Positions 63,361 through 64,000 of a DNA stretch of 64,000 nt are shown piece by piece. How positions within the stretch are numbered: the stretch's first letter is position 1; each line of letters opens with the position of its first letter. Location of the stretch: positions 43,340,001 through 43,404,000 of the forward strand of contig NC_087245.1 of NCBI RefSeq assembly GCF_037042905.1. The letters run 5' to 3'. The DNA is from Lytechinus pictus. Its lineage: Eukaryota. Both the position numbers and the translations under genes were made by a program. Below the pieces are notes generated by a model. That model searched no databases and was not told where the DNA came from. It saw only the letters and a program-made list of their open reading frames with translations.

Positions 63361-63436
63361 GGAAATTACAGGGGATTGGGAACTGAACTAGCCTTGCTAG
63401 GTCTAACCATCAACCTTTTTGGTCATATTTTCACAG

Positions 63437-63668
63437 AACCCTTTAGCCCAATATGCTAGGGCGTATGGGCCTCCTCCTACTGGTGCTCCAGGACAAGGAT
63501 ACCAGGGGCAGGCTCCACCTCCTGGAGGCCAGGGCTATCCAGGACAGCCACAGCAAGGTTTCCCACAGCAAGCTCCTCCCCAAGGCTACCAACCCCAGGC
63601 TCCGCCTACAGCTCCGGGCCAGGCACCACCCCAGGGATACAACCCAGGGCCGTATGGACAACAACCAG
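63437..63668 (+). CDS. Second coding exon, low-complexity P/G/Q/Y domain (penta-EF-hand or annexin A7/A11-like N-terminus; family unresolved)
   Basis: Acceptor ttttcacag|, donor CAG|gttagt (phase 1); NPLAQYARAYGPPPTGAPGQGYQGQAPPPGGQGYPGQPQQG... Confidence 0.8.
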
Positions 63669-64000
63669 GTTAGTAGGCATAAGTTGGTTTAAAAATGAGG
63701 AAATCCTATTCAATTTAGTTGAATTAACATTTATTTTCTTCTGATTAACATTTCATCTATTTGGATACAGAATGTACAAATCAATAATATGAATAAACAA
63801 TGGATGTAAAGTAAAATGCAATATGTAAATTTTGTATATGGAAGAAGGCGTAAAATACCCAAAATAAATGCTACATGTATGTAACAAAATCATGGCTTCA
63901 CATATCCACACTTGCAGTACACTAAAAGTGTCCATTTCCAATAGAACATGTAGAAACATAATAATATAAAGTACATGTATGTCTGTTGAAAACTCAATCC

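Overview
AT-rich, repeat-dense eukaryotic (metazoan) genomic DNA. The repeat types suggest a marine invertebrate, probably an echinoderm such as a sea urchin; this is inference. Three spliced host genes can be read. (1) The 5' end of MRNIP on the minus strand: exon 1 at 9529-9648, and exon 2 running from 133 off the left edge. (2) A CREBL2/REPTOR-BP bZIP gene on the plus strand: exons 37036-37263 and 43974-44165, with two candidate phase-0 first coding exons at 16002-16022 and 35152-35220. (3) The start of a gene with a P/G/Q/Y-rich N-terminus (59722-59751, 63437-63668), resembling penta-EF-hand proteins or annexin A7/A11. The rest is nested transposons: Helentron-like elements with ~156-163 bp satellite cores, tRNA-derived SINEs, L2/RTE/Tx1 LINE relics, Kolobok-, Academ-, Harbinger- and hAT-like MITEs, and a 3.7 kb foldback element. 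The most striking feature is a young 2.9 kb Tc1 (DD34E) element (48893-51800) that is a giant palindrome of two 3' halves. Its two transposase copies carry complementary deletions: one lacks the start codon and first HTH region, the other lacks the second catalytic D and the E. Together they contain an intact ~342-aa transposase. All calls were made by eye; no database searches were run.
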